From: Candidatus Scalinduaceae bacterium
GTDB taxonomy: Bacteria; Planctomycetota; Brocadiia; Brocadiales; Scalinduaceae
NCBI GenBank assembly: GCA_046759445.1
Contig: JBHICG010000042.1
Span: 1 to 29,562, forward strand
Length of the DNA: 29,562 nucleotides
Direction: 5' to 3'
Part shown: positions 1-10,204 of the stretch, piece by piece
Numbering within the stretch: the first letter of the stretch is position 1
Layout: every line of letters starts with the position of its first letter
Notes under the pieces: generated by a model
Databases searched by the model: none
Told to the model about the DNA's origin: nothing
Seen by the model: the letters and a program-made list of their open reading frames with translations, nothing else
Program-made: the position numbers and the translations under genes

Positions 1-1
1 G

Positions 2-151
2 GGGGATATGGATGGGAATGGTAAGGACGAGGTCATAATAGACTTTGGTCCTGGTCCTGGTATATGGGTGAGGAAGAACAATGCCAGTTGGATACAGCTT
101 CACACCTCAAGCCCTGAGGCTATGGTTACAGGAAATATGGATGGGAACTAA
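2..151 (+). CDS. 3' end of an FG-GAP/VCBS-repeat (beta-propeller) protein, truncated by the window start
   Basis: Frame 2 reads GDMDGNGKDEVIIDFGPGPGIWVRKNNASWIQLHTSSPEAMVTGNMDGN* (TAA 149-151); GDxDGNGxDE is the FG-GAP Ca-binding blade motif. Confidence 0.8.
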   Translation, partial: GDMDGNGKDEVIIDFGPGPGIWVRKNNASWIQLHTSSPEAMVTGNMDGN

Positions 152-178
152 AGATAAACGGTAGGATTTTAGGTAAAT

Positions 179-748
179 TTAAAGAATGAAAACGGCGGCG
201 GTGACAACCGTTGACCATAGTCCTCTCTTGTCACCAATAGCTGATTGGGTTGTGTTTCTGGTTTTAACGATTTTACCACTCATACGAAAAATTTCTTTAC
301 GTTCATCATAATTCTTTTCCGGATCAAATTCAATGCCTAAGGTGCTGGCGAGCATAGATGCGGCAAGGTCTTCTGCATAATCGCCTGCTTTTTCACCTGT
401 TTCACCGAATGCATGGTGTTCACTCAGGTATCCGTAAGTGTCAGGTTCAGCAGGTAACGCCAATCCAATGGATGCAGAAATCATTCTATTTGGCTCGTTA
501 GTTGAATTTTCACTCATAACACAGAATACAATCTGACCGGGTTTGACAAGCTTAATGCCTTGCGCTCTTGTTATAATTTTGCAGTTTGGCGGAAAAATAC
601 TTGATACCCTGACAAGGTTGCATTTTTCTATGCCGGCCTTTCGTAAAGCGAGTTCCAGCGACTGTAATTTTTCCTTATGTTTGCCTACTCCTTTTGTGAA
701 GAAGATTTTTTTGGGAATCAAATTTATGCCTGTTTTGTAATGAACCAT
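179..748 (-). CDS. pdaD: Pyruvoyl-dependent arginine decarboxylase (PdaD/AaxB family)
   Basis: [33 protein letters not shown] (Ser-Ser autocleavage site), GYLSEHH, and C-terminal [10 protein letters not shown]. Confidence 0.9.
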   Translation of the reverse strand: MVHYKTGINLIPKKIFFTKGVGKHKEKLQSLELALRKAGIEKCNLVRVSSIFPPNCKIITRAQGIKLVKPGQIVFCVMSENSTNEPNRMISASIGLALPAEPDTYGYLSEHHAFGETGEKAGDYAEDLAASMLASTLGIEFDPEKNYDERKEIFRMSGKIVKTRNTTQSAIGDKRGLWSTVVTAAVFIL

Positions 749-897
749 TTCTATTCTATTTTACGTCTCTAAGCATGTTTGCTCATAATCAGTCCTGCCT
801 GTATAGAGCGTTACAGATATTTATTGCACAATGAATGAAAAAAATATTTTGGAGTAATGAAGCAAATTTTTATCCTAATTACAACATAATTTTAAAT

Positions 898-1203
898 TTA
901 TTTTTTTAAGCTTTTGCCTAATTTCCTTTCCACAGATTTAACTTTTTCAACTATTCGGTCTGTTTTGCCTTTACGATCATCGATTGTAATCGTAGTTACT
1001 ACACGATCCGAGCTTTTTAGTATGTTGTTGTGACATTTCTTTATGAGCATTAATATTTTATCCCAATCACCTTCTAGAATGGTACCCATGGCATGAAGTT
1101 TGTAATTTATTCCACTTTTATCAACTATCTTTAGTACTTCTGCTATATGTGTACTTAAACTGCTTCCCTTTCCTATTGGTGTGATACTGAAATTTGCTAT
1201 CAT
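898..1203 (-). CDS. MTH1187/YkoF-like thiamine-binding family protein (UPF0045)
   Basis: FSITPIGKG.SLS, SGINYKLHAMGTILEG, RVVTTITIDDR and EKVKSV motifs; GGAG-type RBS upstream on the minus strand. Confidence 0.88.
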   Translation of the reverse strand: MIANFSITPIGKGSSLSTHIAEVLKIVDKSGINYKLHAMGTILEGDWDKILMLIKKCHNNILKSSDRVVTTITIDDRKGKTDRIVEKVKSVERKLGKSLKK

Positions 1204-1231
1204 CTTTTGTCTCCTTTTTATAGAAACATGT

Positions 1232-1259
1232 TTGACATTTATTTGTATGGAGTTAGAAT
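1232..1259 (+). promoter_or_regulatory. Putative sigma70 promoter of tRNA-Leu
   Basis: TTGACA (1232-1237), 16-nt spacer, TAGAAT (1254-1259), ending 14 nt before the tRNA 5' end. Confidence 0.7.
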
Positions 1260-1273
1260 AAATCTTTCTTCTA

Positions 1274-1359
<86 letters not shown>

Positions 1360-1362
1360 TTA

Positions 1363-2877
1363 TCATCCTACTCTTTCAACTACTGCCTTTACCAAACCAG
1401 GAATTGTATATTCATCGGCTTTTATAGAGACCTCAATATCCATTTCCTCTGCCGTCTTAGTAGTTATTGGCCCTATACTTGCAAACTGAATATTCTTCTT
1501 AAATGCAGATAAATTATTTTCACCAACGATCTTGACAAAATTTCTCACTGTAGAAGAACTTGTGAAGGTTACAATATCAACCATTCCCTCTTTCAGATTC
1601 TTTAGAATCATAGCGTCTCCATTACTTGCAACGACTGTTTTATAGGCAACAACATCCGCAACGTTTGCCCCCAGTTTTTGTAATTCTTCAGGAAGGTAAC
1701 TTCGTGCAATATCTGCTCGAGGCATTAAGATTTGCTTCCCTTTGAGGTCTTCAATTTCTTTAAGTACTTCAACCACACTTTCAGCAACGTATTTAGGCGG
1801 TTGGCAGTCTACTTTGATAAAAAACCCTTTTATCCTTTCCGCTGTTGCAGGGCCTATAGCGCATATCTTTACGCCTTTAAGATCCCTGATATCACCGCCT
1901 AAATCAAATAGTCTATGGAAAAAAGAGTCAACGCCATTCACGCTTGTAAAAATAATCCAGTCAGTGGATGCCAATCTCTTTATCCCTTTATCGAGAGGGT
2001 CAAAATTGTCCGGATTGGCTATACTTATGGTTGGAAACTCCAGAACGTTCGCACCAAGGTCAATGAGTTTCTCGGAAAACTCACTTGCCTGATCTCTCGA
2101 TCGAGTGACTATAACAGTCTTGCCGAAAAGGGGTTTCGTTTCGTACCAATTTAGTTGGTTTCTGAGTTTTACGACTTCTCCCACTATTGTGATAGCGGGT
2201 GGTTTTATATTTTTTGCCTTTTCTACAATATTCGACAATGTCCCTGTTACTGTTTGTTGTACGGGAGTGGTTCCCCACCTTATTACGGCAACCGGTGTAT
2301 CCTTGGAACGACCATGTTTGATAAGCTGTTCAACTATATTGGGAAGGTTTTTAATTCCCATATAAAACGTCAGCGTACCCAGACCTGTGCTTATTTTCCC
2401 CCAGTCGATTTCACTTTGATCCTTTGTTGGGTCTTCATGGCCTGTGATAAGGCCAAAAGTAGACGTACAAGACCGATGCGTCACCGGTATGCCCGCATAT
2501 GCAGGTGTGGCAATGGCTGCGGTTATACCAGGAACAACTTCAAAGGGAATATTGTTTTCTTTCAGGACTAAAGCCTCTTCTCCTCCCCTACCAAATACAT
2601 ACGGATCCCCACCCTTTAACCTTGTCACTATTTTGTTTTCCTTAGCCTTATCTACAAGCAGTTTATTGATGTCTTCCTGCTCCATAGTATGTTTGTTTCC
2701 CTGTTTTCCAACATAGATTATTTCGGCATTATCTTTGGCTTCTTTCAATAGAGAAGCGTTAACGAGATAATCATAAACAAGGACATCAGCCTTTTTAATA
2801 CAGGTCTTTCCCTTTACGGTAATTAGTCCCGGATCACCAGGACCCGCCCCAACAAGATAAACGATACTCTTATTCAT
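1363..2877 (-). CDS. cobA: Bifunctional uroporphyrinogen-III C-methyltransferase / uroporphyrinogen-III synthase (CobA-HemD fusion)
   Basis: VYLVGAGPGDPGLIT, RLKGGDPYVFGRGGEE and VVPGITAA (SUMT domain); then PLFGKTVIVTR, FTSVNGV, IGPATA, FTSSSTV (HemD domain). Confidence 0.95.
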   Translation of the reverse strand: MNKSIVYLVGAGPGDPGLITVKGKTCIKKADVLVYDYLVNASLLKEAKDNAEIIYVGKQGNKHTMEQEDINKLLVDKAKENKIVTRLKGGDPYVFGRGGEEALVLKENNIPFEVVPGITAAIATPAYAGIPVTHRSCTSTFGLITGHEDPTKDQSEIDWGKISTGLGTLTFYMGIKNLPNIVEQLIKHGRSKDTPVAVIRWGTTPVQQTVTGTLSNIVEKAKNIKPPAITIVGEVVKLRNQLNWYETKPLFGKTVIVTRSRDQASEFSEKLIDLGANVLEFPTISIANPDNFDPLDKGIKRLASTDWIIFTSVNGVDSFFHRLFDLGGDIRDLKGVKICAIGPATAERIKGFFIKVDCQPPKYVAESVVEVLKEIEDLKGKQILMPRADIARSYLPEELQKLGANVADVVAYKTVVASNGDAMILKNLKEGMVDIVTFTSSSTVRNFVKIVGENNLSAFKKNIQFASIGPITTKTAEEMDIEVSIKADEYTIPGLVKAVVERVG

Positions 2878-2918
2878 TGATTCATTAATTCCTTATCACT
2901 TGATTTTAATTGTCAAAG

Positions 2919-4745
2919 TTATAATCGAATCCTTCGTATTGCTTCTCTTACGTATTTTACTACTTCTTCATCCTGATCGTTGAGCGCCTCTTTAAGTACA
3001 TTTTCTGCTTCAACTTTTCCGATCTTTCCAAGTGCCCATGCTGCCATTTTTCTTACTTCTGGGTCTTGATCATCAAGTGCCCATGATAGAGGAACAATTG
3101 CGCTATTGTTTCCTATCCATCCCAGCACCATTGCAGATCTTGCGCGGGCCAGTTTATTTCTATCCCGTAATTTAGAGGTTAAGTGTGGTACTGCTGCATT
3201 TCCTATTTTTATCAATGCCCAACTGGCTCTTCTGCGTGTGCTCCTTTCATTGTCTCCTAATGAGGATATAAGCGATTCTATTGCACCTTCCCCAATTTCT
3301 GCTAATGCCCATGCTGTCATATCGCGTGCCAAAGAAGCTTCCGCTCCTGCATCAGTTGTTAAAATAGTCTTAAGTGCATTTACGGCTTTTTTATTACCGA
3401 TTTTCCCCAGAGCACCAGCACAACCTCTTTTAACCATCCAGTTGTTATCCTTTTTAAGTGCTGTTATCAAGGTGAAAATAGAGTCTGGATTTTTTATCTC
3501 TCCTAAAGCCCTTGCAGCATCGTATCTAATATAGGGGTCATCCTCATTTAATAGTACTTCATTTAGTATTGGTACTGCTTGCTCATCTGATATTCTCTTA
3601 AGTGCCAGTATTATATCTCTTTTAAATTCTGTATCATTGTTTTTCAATTGTATGACTAATGGTCTTAAGGCGTTTTTAGCTTTGATAAGGCCCAAGGCCC
3701 AAGCAGCATTTTTTCTCACCATAATTGCGGGAAGTGAAATGTCCTTTTCCTTTTTGAAGGTGGAAATAATTTTACGTACTGGATTGAAATGCTTAGTAGT
3801 TTTCTTATAAGTTAAGAGTTTGACTAATGGGGGAATAGAGATTTCTTTTTGTAGTTTACTTATTATTAGTGCGGCCATTCTCGACTTGTCGGGTGAATCA
3901 TGTATCATTGTATTGATGAGGGCATCTACTTGTTCCTTGTTACTATTCTGTTCGATTTCTAATTCTTTTTTTTTGTTTATGTTTTTTGGCTTATTTCTTT
4001 TCTTGTTATAATGTAGCAGATCAACTGCAACACTTGGGTAATCTGTCAGTATTACATCAACGCTATTAATCATTCTTTCTTTCATTTTATCTCTGTTATC
4101 TGTGCCAATAAGACGTGTTCCAACATGTTTATGTCTTTCATGAATATATTCTATTACATCATTAGTCAATTCATTAGGTGGTATGAAAAATAGCTGTGTC
4201 CCCTTAATGTCTGTTTCTGTATTACGAAGTGCTTCCAATGCCCCCCCGAAGTAAATTTGATTTATAATGTCAAATTCTTTGATAAGGGACAGGGTTTGTT
4301 GTTCGATACCGTGTTCTTTCACATTTAATAAAATTTTGATATTTTTTTCTTTTGCATATTTTAGAACATCAGATAGAAGTGGTACATTTTCTCCGGCGAA
4401 TTCTTCTCCTTTCCATGCGCCAGCATCATACTGTTTTATCTCATCGTACAATAATTTGTTAACATAGCCCTTACCATCTGTTGTTCGGTCTATTGTGCTA
4501 TCATGCATTAAGATTAATTTATTATCCTTTGTTTTTCTCACGTCTATCTCTAAACCACCCACACCTATATTTATTGCATTCTCGAATGCGGCAAATGTAT
4601 TTTCTGGTGTATTTTCCAGGGAACCATGCCGCGCAATGACAATAATATTTTGGGACAATTCTGAAGATATTACTGTTTTCGAATGTACTATAAAAACTAT
4701 TACTAAAAGGATAATTTTGAAAGGTAATTTATTTAACTTTTTCAT
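2919..4745 (-). CDS. Exported/anchored glycerophosphodiester phosphodiesterase-like domain fused to HEAT (PBS-lyase) repeats
   Basis: Hydrophobic N-terminus; PENT..AF, LEIDV, MHD..IDRTTDGKG and ILTDYP (GDPD fold); C-terminal half has repeated xRxxAAxALGxIG units. Confidence 0.85.
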   Translation of the reverse strand: MKKLNKLPFKIILLVIVFIVHSKTVISSELSQNIIVIARHGSLENTPENTFAAFENAINIGVGGLEIDVRKTKDNKLILMHDSTIDRTTDGKGYVNKLLYDEIKQYDAGAWKGEEFAGENVPLLSDVLKYAKEKNIKILLNVKEHGIEQQTLSLIKEFDIINQIYFGGALEALRNTETDIKGTQLFFIPPNELTNDVIEYIHERHKHVGTRLIGTDNRDKMKERMINSVDVILTDYPSVAVDLLHYNKKRNKPKNINKKKELEIEQNSNKEQVDALINTMIHDSPDKSRMAALIISKLQKEISIPPLVKLLTYKKTTKHFNPVRKIISTFKKEKDISLPAIMVRKNAAWALGLIKAKNALRPLVIQLKNNDTEFKRDIILALKRISDEQAVPILNEVLLNEDDPYIRYDAARALGEIKNPDSIFTLITALKKDNNWMVKRGCAGALGKIGNKKAVNALKTILTTDAGAEASLARDMTAWALAEIGEGAIESLISSLGDNERSTRRRASWALIKIGNAAVPHLTSKLRDRNKLARARSAMVLGWIGNNSAIVPLSWALDDQDPEVRKMAAWALGKIGKVEAENVLKEALNDQDEEVVKYVREAIRRIRL

Positions 4746-4750
4746 GGTAT

Positions 4751-6712
4751 TTATTGCAGTCCTTCATAGATTTGCCAGTGCGGCCTCCCTTCCCAGTGGA
4801 CTCTTTGTGAATTTATATCAAAATAGATCTTCTCTGAAAATGTTTGAATTCCTGAGCGCCTTAATTCCGCAAGGGGTGTACCGCTCAGGACTGCAACATC
4901 TTCTAGTAAATCCCATACGAGTAATGTGCCTATTCCTTCTGTATTCTCTAATTTTGGAGTTGCAAAATAAACATTTCCTGTTGCTGTGACTTTTTTTATC
5001 TTATCTTCTTCATCGAAAAATACGTCCAGTTTGTCGCAATCAAGGTTTTCATTTCCTTTAATGACTTTAACCTTTTTATAGAAGTTTGCGGTTTTGTTTT
5101 TACCATTATATACCATCTTCTCATTCCAGTTAATCTTGGTTAATTCAGAATCTTCTTTATTCTTTGTAGAAGATTTAACCAATAGATTTCCTTTCCCTTC
5201 TGCAAAAATTATCTTTTCAATTTCTGAAAAGATAATTTTTGGTGCAGATATATGTCTTTCATCGTCTTTAAATGACGCCAGTGGGCTTCCGTATAAATCA
5301 ACATAATCTCCTGCAGAAGTCCATATCATTTTTGTTCCTCGTGCTTCTCTAAACGAATTATCTTTTTTTTCAATTAAGTGAACGCCCTTGGTGGCTTCCA
5401 GCTTTTGCACAGTTCCGTCTTCGTCATTTATTATTAACAATTTGCCACAGTATAATTTTGTTCCTCCCCTATTCATAATAACATCATCTTCAAAAATAGT
5501 CTGGTTTTTTTCTTGTTGAAAAGACATTCTACCCTTCCAGTTAATTTTGATAGTTTCATTGTTATTATTAGAATTGGCAAAAAATGATTTTGCTTCTTTG
5601 TTCTCATTTTCAGTACTGACAATTGTGGTTAATTGTCCACTTACAGGGACATCCATTTTACCTTGATTTTTAAAGAACATAATTCTGGCAGCATTTATTG
5701 ATATCTTGTCATCAAAGAATTCGGCGACAGGGTCATCATCTAGTATTATGATTTGTTTTTCTGCATCCCACGATAAAGTTTCTCCTTTCGCAGTTTTTGT
5801 GCCATCGGATGCCAGGACGTCTCCGCTTGTTATTGCTTTTTGTATATTTTTCATATCAGAGTCAAAAGAAATTAATAACTTGTCCGAGAAAACAGTAGAC
5901 TTACCCTTTGAAATGCGTACGTCATCATGAAATGTTACAAATTTTCTTTCGTTTTCAAAAACCAATTTTCCACTGGATCGTATGAAGAGTTTCTCCGCGG
6001 TATTTTTATTTGTAGTAATTGTTTGATTTTTAAGACTTGAATTGGGAGTTGATTTCTTAGATAGAGAGAACAAATTGTCCTTGTTACTTTCTAGTTCCAT
6101 TTCAGGATCATTTTTGATAAGGGCCGTTGAATCAGCCAGGCTAATCTCGAAACCCGTTCCAGTAATTTTCATACCTTTACTTTTGACTGTAACTGGGCCA
6201 TCTGTATTAATTATTTTCTCATCAGGTAAGTACTTTAAATCATCGGTATGTATTTCTAAATCTTCTTCTAATCTGGTTATTACATTTTTGTAGAGGAATC
6301 CTTTGTTAGTTGTTTTGTCAATGTCTGCAAAATCGGATGTTATAATTATGTCTTTTGGTTGGTTTGTATCTACATCACCGGTACTTAAAAATTCAATCTC
6401 TGGTTTTGTAATCCTGTAAATTTCATTTTTAATAAAGACAGTATATGCGCCTCTAATCACTGAAGTTTCCTTTCCATCTTTGTCGTAGTTTGGCAAATAA
6501 AGGCCATATATTTCCTGAGTTATGTCTTTTGGATTAATATCTAGATTTAACCTTTGTTCTTTTTTAGAGTTTTCGTCTATAATCTCTTTTAACATAGGTT
6601 GTTCTTCTTTCTTGATGTAAGCTGTATATTCGAATAGGCCGGAGATTGAAAGAGCCAAAATTAGAAAGCAAATAACTATTATCCCCATAAAAAAGAAACG
6701 TCGTTTTCTCAT
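4751..6712 (-). CDS. lptC: LPS export protein: N-terminal TM, LptC-like domain and tandem OstA/LptA-like domains
   Basis: Single N-terminal TM; LptC-like IHTDDLKY...INTDGPVTV..GMKITGTG; three repeats of F..xVxIxxG...LxxDKL; lies directly after kdsD-kdsC, the canonical lptC position. Confidence 0.72.
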   Translation of the reverse strand: MRKRRFFFMGIIVICFLILALSISGLFEYTAYIKKEEQPMLKEIIDENSKKEQRLNLDINPKDITQEIYGLYLPNYDKDGKETSVIRGAYTVFIKNEIYRITKPEIEFLSTGDVDTNQPKDIIITSDFADIDKTTNKGFLYKNVITRLEEDLEIHTDDLKYLPDEKIINTDGPVTVKSKGMKITGTGFEISLADSTALIKNDPEMELESNKDNLFSLSKKSTPNSSLKNQTITTNKNTAEKLFIRSSGKLVFENERKFVTFHDDVRISKGKSTVFSDKLLISFDSDMKNIQKAITSGDVLASDGTKTAKGETLSWDAEKQIIILDDDPVAEFFDDKISINAARIMFFKNQGKMDVPVSGQLTTIVSTENENKEAKSFFANSNNNNETIKINWKGRMSFQQEKNQTIFEDDVIMNRGGTKLYCGKLLIINDEDGTVQKLEATKGVHLIEKKDNSFREARGTKMIWTSAGDYVDLYGSPLASFKDDERHISAPKIIFSEIEKIIFAEGKGNLLVKSSTKNKEDSELTKINWNEKMVYNGKNKTANFYKKVKVIKGNENLDCDKLDVFFDEEDKIKKVTATGNVYFATPKLENTEGIGTLLVWDLLEDVAVLSGTPLAELRRSGIQTFSEKIYFDINSQRVHWEGRPHWQIYEGLQ

Positions 6713-6777
6713 AATTAACCTAAATTTCTTTTCAAATGTTAATTTATACTAGGCCAGTTTTTAAAAAATCCAAGGCT

Positions 6778-7278
6778 TTAATAATATCTAGAAATTATCA
6801 TATCCCATTTTCCCTGTGATTTCAGGATTTTTTCTGTTACTTCGCGTATAGCGCCAGAACCTCCTGGTGCGTTAGTTACATAGGAAACGTTTTCCTTTAC
6901 TTCTAAAGTGGCGTTGGGTACAGCAACTGAAAACCCAACTCTTCTTAAGATTGGGAGGTCAATAAGGTCATCGCCGATATAACAAGTTTCATTGTCTTTT
7001 AATTTATGTTTTTTGAGGATTTTTTCATAAGCCTCTACCTTGTTATGTATGCCTAAGTATACGTCTTCTATACAGAGTTCCTTGGCTCGTTGTTCAACAA
7101 CCTTACTTTCCCTTCCACTGATGATTGCCGTCTTTATGCCCACACGGTGCAAATAAGAAATGCCAGTACCGTCCTGTACACAAAAGCTTTTTGATTCGTT
7201 ACCGTTTACGTCTAATGTAATTTTTCCATCTGTGAGAACACCGTCTACGTCAATAATAACCATTCTTATATCATTCAA
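6778..7278 (-). CDS. kdsC: 3-deoxy-D-manno-octulosonate 8-phosphate phosphatase (HAD family)
   Basis: DVDGVLTDG, QDGTGI, YIGDDLIDLP, GGSGAIRE; TTG start with a GGAG RBS. Confidence 0.93.
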   Translation of the reverse strand: MNDIRMVIIDVDGVLTDGKITLDVNGNESKSFCVQDGTGISYLHRVGIKTAIISGRESKVVEQRAKELCIEDVYLGIHNKVEAYEKILKKHKLKDNETCYIGDDLIDLPILRRVGFSVAVPNATLEVKENVSYVTNAPGGSGAIREVTEKILKSQGKWDMIISRYY

Positions 7279-7447
7279 TATTTATAAGTCTCCAGGTAAA
7301 AGAACATAAAGGTTGTTTTTTAAAATTCTTGTACATTTTCAATTTGAAGAAGGTTCAGTTAGAGGCAAATTATTAAGATCTTCTATGAAGGATGTAATAC
7401 ACTAAAATCACTTAATCAGGGTTTTCTGGTTTGACTGCATTAGTAGT

Positions 7448-8419
7448 TTAAAATCCTGTATCAAGCAAATCCTGCACATCAATAATACCAACAGGGATGT
7501 TATTATTGTCTACGACAGGAAGTTGGTCTATTTTGTTTCCTTGTAACAACTTGTAGGCCTCAGATGCAAGACTGCCAGTTTTTATGAATTTTGGATTTTT
7601 TGTCATAACTTCTTTAATTGCATTTTTAAGAAATGCAGTCCCCTCTTGAAGGTTTCTTCTAAGATTACCATCTGTAAAGAAACCTACTAGTTTTTTATTT
7701 GAGTCGAGGATACTTACAGCCCCGGGTTTGCCTTTTGTATTTGTCATAATACCAAGCGCATCTATGACAACTGTATCTTCATTTGTAACCGGGTTTTCTT
7801 CACCCTTTCGCATTATTGCATCTACAGTTAAAAGTTTTCTTCCAATCTCTCCACCTGGATGGAAAAAGACGTATTCTTCTTTACTTAAATTTCTCTCTTT
7901 CAAAACTGTTAATGCCAGTGCGTCGCCTAATGCAAGCATGGCTGTAGAGCTTGCTGTAGGAGCAAGTCCCAAAGGGCAAGCTTCATCTATATTGCCTATG
8001 TACAGGACAATGTCACTGTACTTTGCTAAGCTGGATTCATTATTACCGGTTATAGCAATGATTTTTGAGCCAATTTGTTTTAGAAAGGGTATAAGTTGAG
8101 AGACTTCAGTTTCGCCACTGTTTGAAAGAGCTAAAACCACGTCTTCTGCAACAACCCTTCCAAGATCACCATGCCTTGCTTCAGAAGAATGCAGCCAATA
8201 TGAGGGTGTGCCAGTACTTGCCAATGTGGCTGATATTTTTTGGCCGATTATACCTGCCTTACCAATTCCTGTCACAACGACCCTGCCGTTGCATTTAATA
8301 ATGAGGTCAACTGCATCCTTAAAATTATTATCTATATGGTAGATAAGGTTTTTAACCGCATCGGCTTCTATTTCTATAACTTTTCTACCATATTCTATTT
8401 CCTTTGAAGATACTTTCAT
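7448..8419 (-). CDS. kdsD: Arabinose-5-phosphate isomerase (KpsF/GutQ family; SIS plus CBS domains)
   Basis: GRVVVTGIGKAG, ATLASTGTPS, EARHGDLG, SNSGET, EACPLGLAPTASS, FHPGG and a CBS pair; start moved to the ATG at 8419 (MKVSS). Confidence 0.93.
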   Translation of the reverse strand: MKVSSKEIEYGRKVIEIEADAVKNLIYHIDNNFKDAVDLIIKCNGRVVVTGIGKAGIIGQKISATLASTGTPSYWLHSSEARHGDLGRVVAEDVVLALSNSGETEVSQLIPFLKQIGSKIIAITGNNESSLAKYSDIVLYIGNIDEACPLGLAPTASSTAMLALGDALALTVLKERNLSKEEYVFFHPGGEIGRKLLTVDAIMRKGEENPVTNEDTVVIDALGIMTNTKGKPGAVSILDSNKKLVGFFTDGNLRRNLQEGTAFLKNAIKEVMTKNPKFIKTGSLASEAYKLLQGNKIDQLPVVDNNNIPVGIIDVQDLLDTGF

Positions 8420-8755
8420 TATTAGGTTAATACACAACTTGAAAACTTATTATAAACTCATATGTATTATATGCATACGTTTTTTTTATTCAAGTGAAAA
8501 AGGAATCTGGGTAATACTCATGGTTTATAGTAAAGAAGAGGCAACAGCAAGACGGGGCATTAGATTACAATGGGTATAAATAGTATTAAATTTACTCATA
8601 GTAATAGTTCGTGAATAATTTTACGCCTGTAAAGTTTCTCCATCATTATCATTTTATTAATGCAGTACATCGGCCTTATATTTACTACAGTGAGGAAATT
8701 AAAAAAAGAGATTCTCTCAGGGTACTCTATATATTATGTAAAATGTGTTCTTTGC

Positions 8756-8784
8756 TTGACATACCAAATGAAGAGTGATAATAT
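8756..8784 (+). promoter_or_regulatory. Putative sigma70 promoter for M50 protease-scpA-Trm112
   Basis: TTGACA (8756-8761), 17-nt spacer, TAATAT (8779-8784) preceded by TGn. Confidence 0.6.
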
Positions 8785-8820
8785 AACTCAAATTTTCTAT
8801 AAAGAACAAATGCAACAAGA

Positions 8821-9456
8821 ATGGATATTAAAAATATACTAATTTTTGCAATTGCAATATTATATGCCTTGACAATTCATGAATTTTTTCATGCTTGGAC
8901 AGCTAATCGTTTGGGTGATCCTACGGCTAAAATGCAAGGGCGTCTAACCCTCAATCCAATGGCACATCTCGACCCTCTTGGAGTTATATGTTTCATCATA
9001 GCGCATTTTGGATGGGGGAAACCTGTACCCGTAAATCCAAATAATTTCAAACATCCGCGGCGAGATGACATAATTGTTTCTGCTGCAGGACCTATTTCTA
9101 ATTTTGCTTCGGCATTTTTTTTTGGTTTGATCTTTCAAATAACATACAAATTCACGAGTGATACAAGTTATCTTGTTGGCGATTTGTGTAACTTATTATT
9201 AAAAGCAATTCAAATAAACTTATTATTAGCTATTTTTAATTTTATTCCACTTTATCCTTTAGATGGTTCACATATTTTAAAAGGATTCTTGCCCCGTCAT
9301 ATGCTTCCCGGATACGAAGATATATGTAAATATAGTCCTCTTATTTTACTAGGGTTAATTCTCCTTGGGAATTTTGCTAATATACCGATATTATCTTATA
9401 TAATATTACCACCAATGATTTTCTTTTTTAAAATTTTTTCTGGCATGTATATTTGA
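8821..9456 (+). CDS. Site-2 protease family (peptidase M50) membrane metalloprotease
   Basis: HEFFH, LGDPTAK.QGRLTLNPMAHLDP, GWGKPVP, AAGPISN and FNFIPLYPLDG motifs. Confidence 0.92.
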   Translation: MDIKNILIFAIAILYALTIHEFFHAWTANRLGDPTAKMQGRLTLNPMAHLDPLGVICFIIAHFGWGKPVPVNPNNFKHPRRDDIIVSAAGPISNFASAFFFGLIFQITYKFTSDTSYLVGDLCNLLLKAIQINLLLAIFNFIPLYPLDGSHILKGFLPRHMLPGYEDICKYSPLILLGLILLGNFANIPILSYIILPPMIFFFKIFSGMYI

Positions 9457-9467
9457 TTAATAGTTAA

Positions 9468-10187
9468 ATGCAAACAGAATATAAAATTGATCTTGAGATT
9501 TACAATGGCCCTTTAGACTTACTTCTTTACTTAATTCGTAGGGAAGAGGTTGACATTTGTGATATTCCAATTGCTAAGATTACTGACCAGTACATGGTGT
9601 ATCTGGACAAATTGCAAAAAGTAGATATTGGATTGGCGGGGGATTTCTTGGTTATGTCTTCGACTTTAATGTACATAAAATCTCAAATGCTTTTGCCTCA
9701 AACAGAAGGAGTAGAAAGTGGTGAAGAAGATCCGAGATTGGAATTAGTGAAACAGCTTCTTGAATATAAAAGGTACAAGGAAACTACATCTACAATGGTG
9801 AAGATGGCAGAAGAAAGGAGCATGAGATGTTCAAGACCGGAAGTAAAAATGATAGACGAGGAAGAAGTCGAACTAATGAATTTGGAAGAAATAGAAGTGT
9901 GGAAACTTTCGTATTTTTTTGCTAATTTTATGAATCAAACACTCGGTGATATGGATACCACAATAGTATCTGATGAGATACCAGTACAGACATATATGGA
10001 TAATGTTATTAATAGTTTAGTTAGTGCTTATGTTATTTCATTTAACGAGTTATACTTTAACACCAGGTGTAAGACAGATATTATAGGTTTCTTTCTTGCT
10101 TTGCTTGAATTGGTGCGTTTAAAAAAGATTAAGCTTGAGCAGTGCGAGGATTTTGGTGAAATTAAAATAATATCAAATAATAATTAA
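9468..10187 (+). CDS. scpA: Segregation and condensation protein A (kleisin)
   Basis: YNGPLDLLLYLI, DIPIAKITDQY, GDFLVM, DPRLELVKQLLEYK, and C-terminal FLALLELVR...Q...FGEI. Confidence 0.93.
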   Translation: MQTEYKIDLEIYNGPLDLLLYLIRREEVDICDIPIAKITDQYMVYLDKLQKVDIGLAGDFLVMSSTLMYIKSQMLLPQTEGVESGEEDPRLELVKQLLEYKRYKETTSTMVKMAEERSMRCSRPEVKMIDEEEVELMNLEEIEVWKLSYFFANFMNQTLGDMDTTIVSDEIPVQTYMDNVINSLVSAYVISFNELYFNTRCKTDIIGFFLALLELVRLKKIKLEQCEDFGEIKIISNNN

Positions 10188-10204
10188 AACTGAGGTCATT
10201 TATT

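Noticed and set aside
7279..7447. Small gene between kdsD and kdsC
   Set aside because: The ATG just after kdsD gives only a 10-codon ORF (MQSNQKTLIK); nothing recognisable was seen in the gap.
8660..8842. 60-aa plus-strand ORF
   Set aside because: Spans the predicted promoter, overlaps the M50 start, and has no RBS or motif.
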